Position numbers and translations under genes: made by a program
Part shown: positions 1 through 12,800 of the stretch, in pieces
Layout of the letters: the number at the start of each line of letters is the position of its first letter
How positions within the stretch are numbered: the stretch's first letter is position 1
Notes under the pieces: generated by a model
Database searches by the model: none
Seen by the model: only the letters and a program-made list of their open reading frames with translations
What the model was told of the DNA's origin: nothing
Source: Thelocarpon superellum
Taxonomy: Eukaryota
Direction of reading: 5' to 3'
Length of the DNA: 58,310 bases
NCBI GenBank assembly: GCA_026025795.1
Contig: JAPEUG010000068.1
Location: 1-58,310, forward strand

Positions 1-1166
1 AGGGTGTGCCTGAGGAGCGCAGCCGAGCAAACTGCCGTGGGACGAGGCAGCCACAGGCGGCTTTCGGTGCGAGGCAGCACGGACTCGGCTCTTCCCACGA
101 GTAGCCTGCATATCCTGCAGCACCTAAGCACCTAAGCACCTAAGTTCCTAGTTGGGCGGTAGTTGCAGGTATGGCATTGCGGTGGGGAAGAAACAGGGGG
201 GAAGCTACTCCAACGCTGACGCCATCAACTCTAACTATGCATGGGTTGTTTGTGCACTGCATGTTTGGAGTTCTGCGGAGGTGACTGGAGGATTCCAAAC
301 TCATACGTACCGAGGGGAGGCGAACCCCTGACCAAAGGGTTCTTGGCCTGCCTAGTCTTACTGAAACCAGAGGCCAAGCGACGGACTATTGGTCTTGGAG
401 TGTGAGCGTCGAAGTAGAATGGATCGTGGCGGTCGCTGGTCTCCGGTGGCACGTCTCCGCTCGACCCGCAGGTACTTGTCCTGAGCCAGGATTCTTGGCT
501 GCTTCTGCGCCAGGCAAAACCACCACAAATACCTAGCAATCTTGATGGTAAGTCCGGTGTGTCTCTTGCGCGGCAGGTCGAACGACGACGTATACGAAGC
601 ACGATACGCCATGCGTTCTCCCATACGCCACAGACGCAGAGCAGGCCAAGAGGAATCGAGCACCGACTGGCCCGGAGCCTTGAGGAGGAGATCATGTCAG
701 ATTGGGGCCGGCCAAACTCAGCGGCTGCTCGGCACAGGCGCGGGTGCGGGCGCGGGCGCGAACGCGAACGCGAACGCTGCACGACACTGCACCCCAAGCG
801 GTCATGCAATGCAGCCTGCAGCCGGCCATTCTGTTCCGGTCCCGTTTCCGGTCCCGGTCCCGTTGCAGTCCCGCCAAGATGCATTGCATTGCATTTTTTT
901 TTCTTCATGGGAAATTCTTCAATCGAGATGATCGAGGGACTGGATGAGCAGATTGCGGCGATTGCGTGATGGATGACGGGGCTGCCACGCCTCGTGGTCG
1001 TTTGGCCCCGTGGGGAGATGAAGGGAAACCGAAAAGCGAACAACTGATTCCGTTGAACTGAAGGGGAAGCAAACGTTGCCGGTCTCGCGTCCGTGAACCG
1101 TTGGCTTGCACGACAGCTACGACGTGCTACTGATCTCAAGCCCATCTACTCATAACTGGGAACACG

Positions 1167-3610
1167 CTACGACACAATCTCCTCCGTCTCCTCAACAATT
1201 TCCTCGACGATTTCTTCCACCACGGCCTCCTCGGCCTCGCCGTCGGCGGCAGCCGGGCCAGCCCAAGATTCGTCGACATCTTCGGGAAGTCCCCGCTCCT
1301 TGCGTTCCTCGCGCAGGTCCATCTCGATGCCGCGCCGCCACTCGAGCCATTCATTGAGCAAGCGTCGTCGGGTCTCGACGACGGCCAGGTTGGCCGTGTC
1401 CAGCTCGTACTGATCCTGATCCTCAAAGACCTTGCTGTATTCGCGGAGGTTCTTGCGGATCTGCTTCTGCTCCTCCTTGGAGAGCAGTATCGTTGGTCGC
1501 GGCCGCCAACTCCACTGCTTGAAGCGCTCAATAGGCTCCTCGCGAAGTAGCATGCCCTTGAAGTCGTAGAGGTGATAGCCGTTCTCCATCTGCGCCGCAC
1601 GTTAGAGGTGTCTCATGTCAGGAAGCGCGTGGAGGCGCGTACCGAGTGCTTCCACATGCTCGCACTGGTCGCGACATAGCGGCCCGTGGGATCCCACTCG
1701 ACGTCGGTCACGCCGTAATGATCGGCCGTGGCCATGAGCTGCAGGTTGGCTGTCAGATCCTTGTCGCCGTCGGCGCGCTCGCCCTCGAAGTCGAGGTCCC
1801 AGAAGTCCATGTCGAAACTCTGCTGCGAGTGCACGGTAGCCACGATGACGAAGCGGCCCTTGGGTGACCAGTAGATGGCGTTGCTATTTTTTTTGTCGAT
1901 GGTTCGGATGAGCTTGAAGTTGCCCACGCCGACGCCCTTGACCTTTTCGGGGCAGAAGAAGGAGACGGAGGTCTTGGGCGGCACCGCTGTGGCCGCCACC
2001 ACTTCGGCCGTGGTGATGAGAACGAAACGGTCGCCCTTGGGTTCCCACGCGAAGTTGATGACGGTGTCCTTGATGGAATCCACCACCTCCACTGGCACGC
2101 CCTTCTCGCGCACGCGGAAGATCTCGAGGTTGGTGGCCAGCGACTTCTTGGACTTGGAGTGTCGGTCAACCTTGACGCAGACGTAGGCGGCCTGTGACTG
2201 CCAGTGCAGGCGCGCGTCCGACACGTTGAACAGGTTGCGCGTGCGCACCACCTCCTTTGATGGGATGCTCATGAGGCCCACCTTGGCCGGGTTGCTACCA
2301 ATCTCAGGTGTCCAGTAGCAGAAGAGCTGCTCGTACGTCTTGATGCCGTCGCGCTGTGGCGTGGCCGGGGCCCACTCAAAGTCGACGACGCCTTCAATCT
2401 TGATGGAGACCTTATCGAGGAGATTCATCCGCGGTAGCTCGTACACCGAGATGGACTGGCCCGGGGTGAGGCGCGCCACGTACTTGTCGTCGGCCGACCA
2501 CTTGAATGCAGGCCACTGGATCTTCCGCTTGATGGGCTGACCCGCCTCGTCCTCGGCCGGGCCGGGCGGATCGATGTTGGCAAAGGAGCGGATGGGCTTA
2601 CCCGTGTCGATGTCCCAGATGATGTAGTTCTTGCCGTCATCTTCAAGCGACAGTACCGGATGGTTCTCATCCACCTGGATTGGTCGGTTGGACCACGTCA
2701 CCAGATATCGCTCGTTGGGCGAGAAGTCGACCAGGTTACCAAAGGGATGGGCGAAGCGCTTCTGCCGGCTCCACGTCTTACCACCCCAAAGTTGCACGCC
2801 CTGTTGATGCATCGAGGTCAAGTAGGTGCCGAGGGGAGACCACTGCACAAACGACTCGGTCCAGTGCTGCCGGTCGATGATGATCTCGGGTGGGTCCTTC
2901 TTCTTGTTCCAAAACACGCCGACGTTATCCCCCCGATACATGACGAATTGATCGCGCGCGTTCGCGCCGTGGGGTTCCTCGCCGATCCACCACCGTAGAT
3001 GTTCTTTCTCGGAGAAGGCTGGGATGCGTGGCGGATGGTAGTCTTCCTCGATCCGGCCTTCGCGACCGTAACGGTCGATATCAGTGAGTTTGTTGACGGC
3101 GAGGGTGTGTTTGCGATCGAGCGGGGTGCCATGCAGCGTTTTGGTCGCGGCGATGGCCTGCTCGGGGGTTTCGTATTCGACAAAGGCGTATCTGCGTCAT
3201 CGTCGCTCAGCGGGTCCGCCCAACGAAACCATGCACTCCGGTCACTTACCCTTCCGACAAGCCGTCAGAGCCCATGGGCATGAAGATAGCCTCCTCTTTG
3301 GTCTTGCCCACGGTGTTGAGCTTGCGCAGCAGGAACTTGACGAGGCGCGATTTGTTCTCTTCGGGCACCAGGGGGAGTCCGTCAATGACCACAAAGGCGT
3401 CGAGACCTTCTTCTAGCCGGACTTCATATTGTTCGGTGAGATCTACGGTGTGAGGGGTCAGCCAGGGTGCGTGGGCATGGGCCGGTGCGTTGTTGTCTTG
3501 CACGAACCTGAAAAATCAATATCATCTTCATTTTCTTCGTCCTCCTCCTCCTCCTCGCGGCCGTCTTCTTCGTGTTCATCCTCAGCGAGATGCTCGAAGC
3601 TGGGCGCCAT
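1167..3610 (-). CDS. PRT1: Translation initiation factor eIF3 subunit b
   Basis: ATG 3610 (MAPSFEHL..); RRM ([14 protein letters not shown]) followed by WD40-like propeller ([32 protein letters not shown]). Introns 3507-3443, ~3249-3192 and 1642-1590 join ORFs 3246..3503, 1613..2941 and 1167..1589. Confidence 0.95.
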
Positions 3611-4668
3611 GATGGAGAGGGGTGCCGGGGGAAAATCACTGGATCGCGGCCGTGCTCGCGTGGAATCAGCGGGGTCGTCAGGTCGGGACGATGGTGCTTG
3701 CGTGGGGCTAGATATCCGGATCGAAATTGGTCAGGTCTTGAATTTCGCAGTCCACTGTCCACCGTAGTGCGCGGATGTGGTCCGTGGGCGGGGCGCGTCA
3801 CGTGGCGGATTCCTGAGGTTTGCCTTGACGGACACGTGACGGGGCTCAGGATCTATTGTTCTCGCTCACGCTTGCTCCGGCTGGTTCTTGTCCCGAACGG
3901 TGCAAGACCAGGGACCGGCCACAGGCGCAAGCGAGGCGATCCCTGGCCTGCCCTAATGCTCCCGACCTGAATGCAGCGGGTGCCGGGCGACCGGGCGACG
4001 TGGTGACGAGCGGTTACTTTTCCCTAGAGTCGCAGGTGAGGTAGGTTGGCGCTGACTGGCGCTGGCGCCGGTGGGCTCGCCCCAGCCCCAGGGTGTGTGC
4101 CCGTCATTCGGTGGTGGACGATCGCCGCGCCGGCCGACCCTGGTCCGTCTCGTCTCGGCACCACATCTTGGGTAGGTCACCAGAACCGTAAGGAAGCGGA
4201 CCTCTGCCACCCGCCACTCAGCGCGGCCACGTCCGCTCTCCGCCTTGACCGCGAGCCAATCCAACGCCGGGCGCTCCGTGGACGTCTGGTGACACGACCT
4301 CCCTGGTGCCGGCTTGACCGTGCTCACCCAGCATCGCATCGCGACCGTCCGATCCACCTTCCCCACCCGCGACGTGCATCGCGACGAGCACGACGAGTCT
4401 GGGGGGAGCAGGTCGCATCTCCATGGGCCAGAGTGTTGTCCTTGCGCCCCGCCTTTTTCGCTTCGGGAGATCGTGACATTTTACCGGCGTCACGTTCCAC
4501 CTACGCCGCACACCTCACACCTCGCACCTTTCACCCACACCTCACTTCCCATCGCCTGCATTGCGTTTTCACCGCTCCTCTCACGCTTGGTCCCTCCGGC
4601 CCTAGCGTCCAGATCGAACTCACCGGCGCATGTAATTGCGCGCGAGCGGCTTCCGTGCCGGCTCCGTC

Positions 4669-5760
4669 ATGTCTCGTAGGAGCACCAGCACATATCATGT
4701 CCCATGTCCCTTGCTGACACCGGTCGCGCAGTCCCGGCGGAGGTCGAGGCGTCCTACACCGCCATCATTGACTCCATCCTAGCTAAGAGCGATCTCAACA
4801 CCGTCTCGGCGAAACGCATCCGCAAAGGATTGCAGGCGGTGGTGCAATATGACATTACTCCGCAGAAGGCAAGTACCGGTATGGGACGGACGGGCTCCTG
4901 AGATGGAGACTGATACTGGACGGTGCATAGGCCCAGATCAAGGATCTGATTATGGCGCGCTTCGATAAGTTCAATGCGGAGAAGAACCAGACGACGCCAT
5001 CGCTGTCCCATGAGAGCGCCAGCGAAGCGTTGGCCAACGGACATGACACTAAAAGTGATGAGTCGGAGCCCGTGCAACAGGCGTCGCCGCCGGAGTCCGG
5101 TATCAAGCGCCAGGACAGCGATCCGGAGGCGATGTCGGACGTCATCGATGTACCCGTCAAGCCTAAAACGAAGAAGCGAAAGGTGGAGGAGGAGGAGGAC
5201 GATGCCATCATCGCCGCACGCTTACAGGCCGAGGAATACACCCGTGCACGATCGACGCGGGGGGGCGCGACGAAGAAGACGGGCCCGATCCGGAAGAAGA
5301 AGAAGAAGGTGTCGGTGACTAGTCTGCCTCGATTGAAAGGGGACGATGACAGCGACCTGGAATCGGGCTCGGGCGCGGAGAAGAAGCGCAAAGTCAACCG
5401 CTCCGGCGGCTTCCATGTGAGCGATCCCGTCGCACTGTGTGCACTGTGTGCACGGTGGCGCTGACCGCACAGAAACCGTTGACACTGTCAACGCCGCTCT
5501 CCGCTTTCATGGATGGCGAGGCCCAGGTACGTATGACCGACGTGTAGACAAGACGCCCGGGCTAACCCTCGAAGCTTCCTCGCACGGAGGTCGTCAAACG
5601 GATATGGAGCTACGTAAAAGAGCGGGATCTCCAGGACCCGAATGATCGACGACAGATCCGCTGCGACGACCCGCTCAAAGCCATCTTCAAGCAAGAGCGG
5701 GTGCACATGTTCACCATGAACAAGCTCCTCAGCGGACACATGTTCGCGCCTGGCGAATGA
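4669..5760 (+). CDS. DEK-C + SWIB/MDM2 domain protein (Tri1/Uaf30/Spp27-like)
   Basis: Spliced product MSLPAEVEASYTAIIDSILAKSDLNTVSAKRIRKGL (DEK-C) ... GGFHKPLTLS..LPRTEVVKRIWSYVKERDLQDPNDRRQIRCDDPLKAIF..VHMFTMNKLL (SWIB). Introns 4676-4731, 4869-4930 (GC-AG), 5417-5472, 5527-5574. Confidence 0.9.
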
Positions 5761-6619
5761 CCTGGGTGCCGGTGACTTTGGCTTGGGCAAGACATGCGAC
5801 GGTGCTTGGAGGATATCCGGGTCAACTTTACTTGCCTCTCCTTGCTGGAAGACTTCATGAGGAGATGGGCTCGTCATCAGAGGTTCTGCACCGGCTTCCG
5901 ACGCAAGTCTTCGGCGTTACGTATATGCGTGGTTGACGAGTGGTTAGAGATCTACGACATCATTTCCGAGTTAAAGTACCTACATATCGGGACGTGATGC
6001 ATGACCTGTCCTTACACGTGACGGTACGGACTACGGGCAGTACTTGTAGAACTTGATCGGACAGGGCTTAGAGCTGTCTAAGGCAAGAGATGTGCTTTGC
6101 TCCGAGCAAGGCACGCTCACACCTATGATCGTAGCCGACATTGACTTGGGCTTGCCGTCGACTGTTGGCTACGTGAACATTCCTACAGTTCGGCCACAGC
6201 CTTAAGGCGAGAACCTTCTGGACACGCCGGTGACTAGATGACTAACGCCATAACCGGGTCCCGCCCCTCGAGCGACTTCCCTAAATATAATCAGGACATC
6301 TCCCGAATACTGTCAAGTGGTCATCATAGAGGTCCAGCCTCCAGGGCAAGCAGCTACCTACTGAGCCGCACACCTATAGCGCTGCAATTACCTTTCGGCC
6401 GAGTTATGGGATGAGTCGTCGTCGTGGAGAAGCCTCGTATGAGTAACACAATGTCAGCCTACGCCGTGGACTAGGGAGGTCGAGAGAGCACCTTCAGGGC
6501 CGCTTGACCCCACCAATATAAACAGTTGCGTCTTGCCACTCTGCCCCTCGTTACACCCCACGCACGCGATCTCTTCGTCTCCTTCTCCACTGGATTGTCC
6601 ACTCCTAGCTACCTCCACC

Positions 6620-9181
6620 ATGGAGGTCCGAAATGAAGCCCATGACATGCGTGACACCCCGCCTAGCAATGGCCGAGGTCGTGCAACGGCCAGCTCTGCT
6701 CGAGGCGCACGGAGGGGTCGTGCAGACCATGTGAATCCTCCGCCGGCCGCCGTACCACGAGGCGAGACGAGAGGTAGTCGTCGAGGAGGTCGGACCCGGG
6801 GCGGGAGCAGTCGTGGTAACGCTGCCTCGGGGCCGTGGTCCGACCGCCCAGCTGCGGACGCCCGGCATGGGCCGCGAGGTCCCGAGGCCGGCGTCAATGG
6901 ATCTGTTGGTGGTACGATCGCGACGCAGAAGGTCACGCCGATGGCGCCTGCGGGTGATGTGGAAGCTGAGGTCTGCTTCATCTGTGCCTCGCCCGTCGTT
7001 CACAATGCCGTCTCCCCGTGCAATCACCGCACCTGCCACATCTGTGCGCTACGACTAAGGGCCCTGTACAAGAACAAGGCCTGTGCGCACTGTCGAGTGA
7101 GTCACCAAGAATTGATCTGAAGAGACACCACTGACCATGTCATCAGACCAATGCCGACTACGTCATCTTCACGGACGACGCGGTCAAGCGATATGAAGAA
7201 TACGCCGACACCAAGTATCCACGGCAGGACGACAACTTGGGCATCAAGTACGAGCAAGCGGACATCTTTGAAGACACCGTGCTACTCCTTCGATACAACT
7301 GTCCGGATCCGAGCTGTGATGTCGCATGCTTGGGTTGGCCTGATCTGCATCGACACGTCAGGAGCGTGCACCAGAAGGCCATGTGGTAAGTTTGCACCGC
7401 GACGTTGGAGGAACACTGTCATGGACGCCGCTGACTCTGGCAGTGATCTGTGCACTCGAAACAAGAAAGTCTTTACGCACGAGCACGAGCTCTTCACTCC
7501 AAATGAACTTCGAAAACATGAGAAGTTTGGCGACGACAACCCCGGCGCGGTGGACCAGAGCGGCTTCAGAGGTCATCCGGAATGCGGCTTCTGCCGACTA
7601 CGATTCTACGGCGACGACGAGTTGTACGAGCATTGTCGAGATCGACATGAGCGGTGCCATATCTGTGACCGGCGGATGCAAGTTCGTCAACAAGAATACT
7701 ACGTCGACTACAACGCACTGGAGGTGCACTTTCAACACGACCATTTTCTCTGTCTGGACCGGGAATGCCTCGAGAAGAAGTTTGTCGTGTTTGATTCCCA
7801 GCTGGACTTGAAGGCCCATCAACTGGACGCTCATCCAAATGATCTCTCCAAAGATGCACGGCGAGAAGCGCGACGTGTTGACCTCTCGGGATTGGAATAT
7901 CGAGGCCCGCAGGATGAGCGAGGGGGACGACGAGAAGGGCGCGGGCGTGGACGGGGACGGGACCCCAACACGGAGCCTATTCCTACCTCGACCGCCCAGC
8001 CCCTTCGCCGGGACGAACTCGCGTATCAGCGGCAGATGGCGGTGCAAAGTGCCCAGTCGGTGTCAACGAGGACCTTCGGCGGACAATTGACGACGTCGGA
8101 CACTGTCACGGCTCGACGACCAGCACGTCCTGCAGAGACTGCTGCCCCGTTCCTACACCCCCTCTCTCTCGACCCAGCACGCTCTCATCCTCCATCCCCC
8201 AGACCCGAAACGGCAGTCACACCTCAAGAGCAAGCCCGACGACTTCGACACGGAGCGGTAATGGAGCGAGCGGCCACGATGCTCCGAAATGATGACAACA
8301 AAATGAAGACGTTCCGAAGCAAGGTCTCCTTCTACCAACAATCAAGCATGACTGCTGCCGAGCTGATCGACGCCTTCTTCACCCTCTTCGACACCTCCGC
8401 CGCCGAACTAGGCAAGCTGATCAAGTCCTTGGCCGACATCTATGAAGCGGAGTCGAAGCGCACGGATCTGCTCAAGGCGTGGAACGACTGGCGCGCCATC
8501 AACGAAGACTATCCCGCTCTCCCCGGACCGAGCGGCGTCGGTCTGTTGGAAGGGGCCGGCCTCTCTTCTGGCTCCGTCACTGGCGGAAATGGAGGGGGCT
8601 CGCGCGTGTTGAAACTGAAGAGCTCCACGGCTCAATCATCCCGGTCGCCCGTCTCTAGACATGGAAGCTGGGGTTCTGCCTCGGCATCCTCAGAACCGGC
8701 TTCCAACCCTTTTCCGCCGATCTCATCCACCACGATCCGACCCGGCAGTGGTCCACGACCGCTCGGCACGGGCGCGGGAAAGGGTAGTGCATCAGCCTCT
8801 TCCTTTCCCGTCTCAAGCTCCCTGCGACCCGCGACACAGAACTCGATCACGAAAGCAACACCGGCCGACACCACCACTGAAGCATTTCCGGCCCTCCCTG
8901 CCGCCGCAAAACCACAGAGTACCATCTTCGGCTACGGTTCCGGGGCCGTGAGGCGAGATTACGGCGCCTCGTCTCGTGGCGGCGCTGCTAGCGTTACTGT
9001 GGGCAGCGCGTGGGGGAACAACGCGACGACGTCTGCTACTGCCACGTCTGGCAGCAACGGAGCGAATGGGAAGGACGAGAGAGGGACTGGAGTTGGCGGA
9101 GGAGGAGGCAATACAGGAGGCAAGAAGAAAGCAGGAGGAGGAAACAAGGGTAAGAAGAACACGTTGATCCAGTGGGGTTGA
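6620..9181 (+). CDS. HEL2: RING / C2H2 zinc-finger E3 ubiquitin ligase of ribosome quality control (Hel2/ZNF598)
   Basis: RING CFICAS..CNHRTCHICALRLRALYKNKACAHCR; C2H2 arrays (CDLCTRNKKVF, GHPECGFC, HCRDRHERCHIC); FPALP motifs. Two introns near 7097-7146 and 7386-7444. Confidence 0.92.
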
Positions 9182-9513
9182 CTTTCTTCTCTTGCCTATT
9201 TCTTTGCAACCTCTCCTGCTCTCTGATTCACTCTTCCTCTATTTCTGTCTGTATTGTGTTGTCACCTTGCGTCTGCTACTCTTTCAAAACGGCGGCCGTT
9301 TATACCCCTTCCTGTCTTCTCTTTGTCTATTCTCCGCGCATAGCGTAGACGGGACAAGACACGAGAGACCAGGATGATGACGGGGAAGAGACATGGGATA
9401 GACAAAGGGCAGAACAGGCGAGAAGAGAGAGGGAACATCCAAGCATTTACAGACGAAACGAGAGTAGAATATCGAGGTGAGAAGTGTACAGAATGGCAGA
9501 CTAACACCACGTT

Positions 9514-9553
9514 TCTCCTGATCTCCTGATCTCCTGATCTCCTGATCTCCTGA
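9514..9553. repeat. Tandem 8-mer (TCTCCTGA)x5
   Basis: Five perfect copies read directly in the convergent HEL2/IRE1 3' spacer. Confidence 0.9.
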
Positions 9554-9854
9554 TTCTATTCCTTTTTGAAACTCTCGCTAGTCGCTTCTCATATGCCCAC
9601 GCCTGTGCTATGTAAAAGGATGCTGATATGGTACAGTGTATGTATGTGCATAAAGACAGGTAGGTAGTAAATGGCAAACAGGAAGACAGACGGACATATC
9701 AAGCGTCAGTCGTGATATATATGTCGTGACCTCACCTTTTCTGGCTCCTTTCCCCCCTCCAAGTAAAACATCTTTGTATTCACTCGATACGTTTCACGAT
9801 TCCATCACTCGCCGCCGTCTGCTGGTGAAAAACGGGGGTGGGGAAAATTGATCA

Positions 9855-12800
9855 TCACGCCGGAGGCGCAAAATAAAGCCTGAATCGAGGTAGTTCCTCC
9901 AGACGACACTCGACGACGACAAAGTAGCACTGCAGGAGCAGCATGGGGAATTTCGTCGTCCAGTATGATAGATATCCGTGCGGTAATGGACCGACGTGCG
10001 CTTTCACGTGCTCGGGCATGTCTTGGTAATGGTTTTTCTGCGCATCGACGTCAATCATCTCATGGACTAGATGATAGGAGGGGATCGGGAGAAGGGGGAA
10101 ACATACCTTGTTGCGAAGAGCGCGCAAAAGATCCAAGATCTTCGATCCGGTGTATTTTCGCTGCTTACCCAACGTATCGATAAAGGCCTTGTCGAGTTTG
10201 CGGAGAAAGTCGACGCCCAAGACTTCTGGAGCCGTGCCTTCCAAGACTTGCAGATGGGCCGATGGGGGATCACGGGGTTCCCATTCGAAGTGATCTGAGA
10301 CGTCCACCAAGAAATTCAGTCGCTTCTCGGCCGACCAGAAAAAGGGATGGATCATGACGGTCGTCGCGTCGGGGCTAGAAGAATCGCAGGTCAGTGACAC
10401 TTGCAGCGAGTGATATGATTCGACACCGTACCGATCACGAGGCGAATGATCCAACATTCGCTCAATCAACGCCGCCGCTTCGTATCCATAATCCGCTAAA
10501 GCCTGGAGTTGGTCCAGATTGTAATGACCTTTGACGATGTTGGCTTCGCGCATATATCGATCGCCGAAGGGATGGCCGCCGCGTGACAGAATGTAGAAGA
10601 AGACGCAGCCTAGAGAGAAGATGTCAATGGCACGCGTGGCCCGTCGGTTGGAGAGAGTGTCGATGATGGCTGGCTCGGAGGCGTCGCCGCTGTGGAGAGT
10701 CTCGCCATTGGATGGGCCCTGCCATCCTTGTGGATTGGCCTCGTCGTCCACCAACAGCTCCGGCGCTCGCCAGCCCGAAGTCCCGGCCGCATGGGCCGTC
10801 GTCGCCCGGAACGAGCTCTGGTCGCCGTCCAGTTTCTTGCACAAGCCGAAATCCGAGATCAACAAGCGTGGTGGCAACGCGGCGTTCGGGTCGTTGCGCG
10901 GCTTCTTTGGCGTCGCCACCAAGATGTTCTGGGGTTTGAGATCGCGGTGGACGATCTTCAACGAATGGAGATAGCGTACCCCCGCGGCGATCTGGTACAG
11001 CACATTGGGCAGGTCCAGGAGACTGGCTTCGGCCAAGGTCGCATACTCATGCGGCTTCTCCACCACGTCCTGCAACGAGGCCGGACATAGCTCGAGCGCA
11101 ATGTAGAGAAATCCAGCGCTCTGCTGCCGACAGAAGTATCGGATCACGTTCGGATGATCGTCGCTCTCCTGCAGCAAGCTGACCTCATGCGAGGCCACGT
11201 CGTAGAACTCGAGCAACATTCGCTTGACCGCCACCTCTCGTCCCTCGAAGGAACCCCGGTACACGATCGTGCCATGACTCCCGTAGCCGAGGACCGTGTC
11301 GGTCACGACGAGATTGTTGACCTTGAACGGTCCTGACACGTCAGTGATTTCGGAGCCGTTGACGCCGTTGACCTTGATCACGTCGGGCTCCAAGGATGGA
11401 TCACGCCCAATCTCCTTGACTTCGTCCACGATTCGATCGATGTTGTCCTTCTCCACATCTCGGATGGAGTCCTTGCGCGTTTTCTTTCGACCTGCCCCTC
11501 CTCGTTGTCCTCGGTGGGTCTTCTTCTTCTTGGCCGGTACCTGGACAGCCGCGGCCGCCGCATCCGCACTGCCCTCCTCGGGCGGCGTGCTTTCTGCTCG
11601 CGAGTCTGGGGACTGACTCTCCTTCGCTTCACTGGCGAGATCGGCGGAGCCATCGCCATCGGGGGTGTTGGAAGAGAGGTCGAGAGATGATGTCCGAAAT
11701 GATTCGCCCGGCACGGCCGGGGTGGGAGGAGCCGATAGAAAGGCGCCCTTGACCCCAGGAATCTTGTCGACGTCCAACGACTTGGACACCATCCGGCTGA
11801 ACTTCCGACGGTTGACATAGACAAAGAGCACCAAGAGGATGAGGGGTAGGATGAGGCCGATGTCGACGGCGTTCTGCGCCGCATATCCCAGCAAGCGACT
11901 GCTTCCGATGGCGAGCGGAGAGGGAGAAGGCAGGGGTTCCTGGGCGAGACGAAGCGGTACGTCCGCACCGAGCGCTTCACTAGGACCGGAGATGGTGGGC
12001 AAGTTGGCGTTCCGAGGGGCATAGCTGGCAATGGAATGTACACCGACCAGTGCCAGGCGACGTTGGGCGGGGTTGATGGCCTCCCAGGTGGGCACCGTCT
12101 GTCGCCATTCGGGATTGTAGCATTGTGCTTGGGCGGCGCCGCCGGTGACGAGTGGATATGTGCTCTCGGACATGGCGTACCACCCGCCACTCTCGGTGCA
12201 ATTGATGAAGATGCGATTGTCCCGGTCACGAAATGAGGAGGCGAGCTCGTCTTCATCGGTGGGGCCGGTGGGCTGCGGAAGGATGACGAGCGGCGCATCG
12301 CGGGCCTCGGTGTTGGCGGGACGGGCAATGTCAAAGACGCGAGCGACGGGTGACGAGAACTTCTGCGTGTAGAGACGGCGGCGTTCGTCCATCTGGGCGT
12401 GGTCAAAGCCAAAGATGCTGCCGTCATGCCGACTGTAGACGTATTTTTGGTCGAGGGTGCTAGAGTACTGATTCTGCAGGTCGAGATCGCGATTGTTCGG
12501 GGTCCATTCGGAGTACTTGAGGGTGCAGATCGGGTCGCCCGTCTCGCGACTCTGGATGCCGACGGTGTACTCGACGCGACCGAGGGTCAGGGTCCCGCTG
12601 GAGCCGCATTCGTCATCGGTGGGCATCTCCAGGCCGCTCACGCGACGACAGCTGCGGTCGTCGTTGACGGAGGAGCCGGTGGAGCTGAACATCTTGAGGA
12701 CACGACCGGTGCCAGCGTCGACGGTGTAGAGAGTATTCTTCTTCTCCGCCGTGTAGACGACGGGGGGGTCCTCGCCGGCATAGGGTGACAGTTCCTCCAC

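Noticed and set aside
231..1145. 304-aa minus-strand ORF
   Set aside because: Runs through simple repeats with no family signature or coding-like composition; not supportable as a gene.
5560..5574. CTAACCCT, telomere or telomerase-template-like
   Set aside because: It is the branch point of the last SWIB-gene intron; single copy.
6040..6075. TPP riboswitch-like AACTTGATC
   Set aside because: Lacks the upstream CTGAGA and downstream GGATAATACCAGCG core of fungal TPP aptamers.
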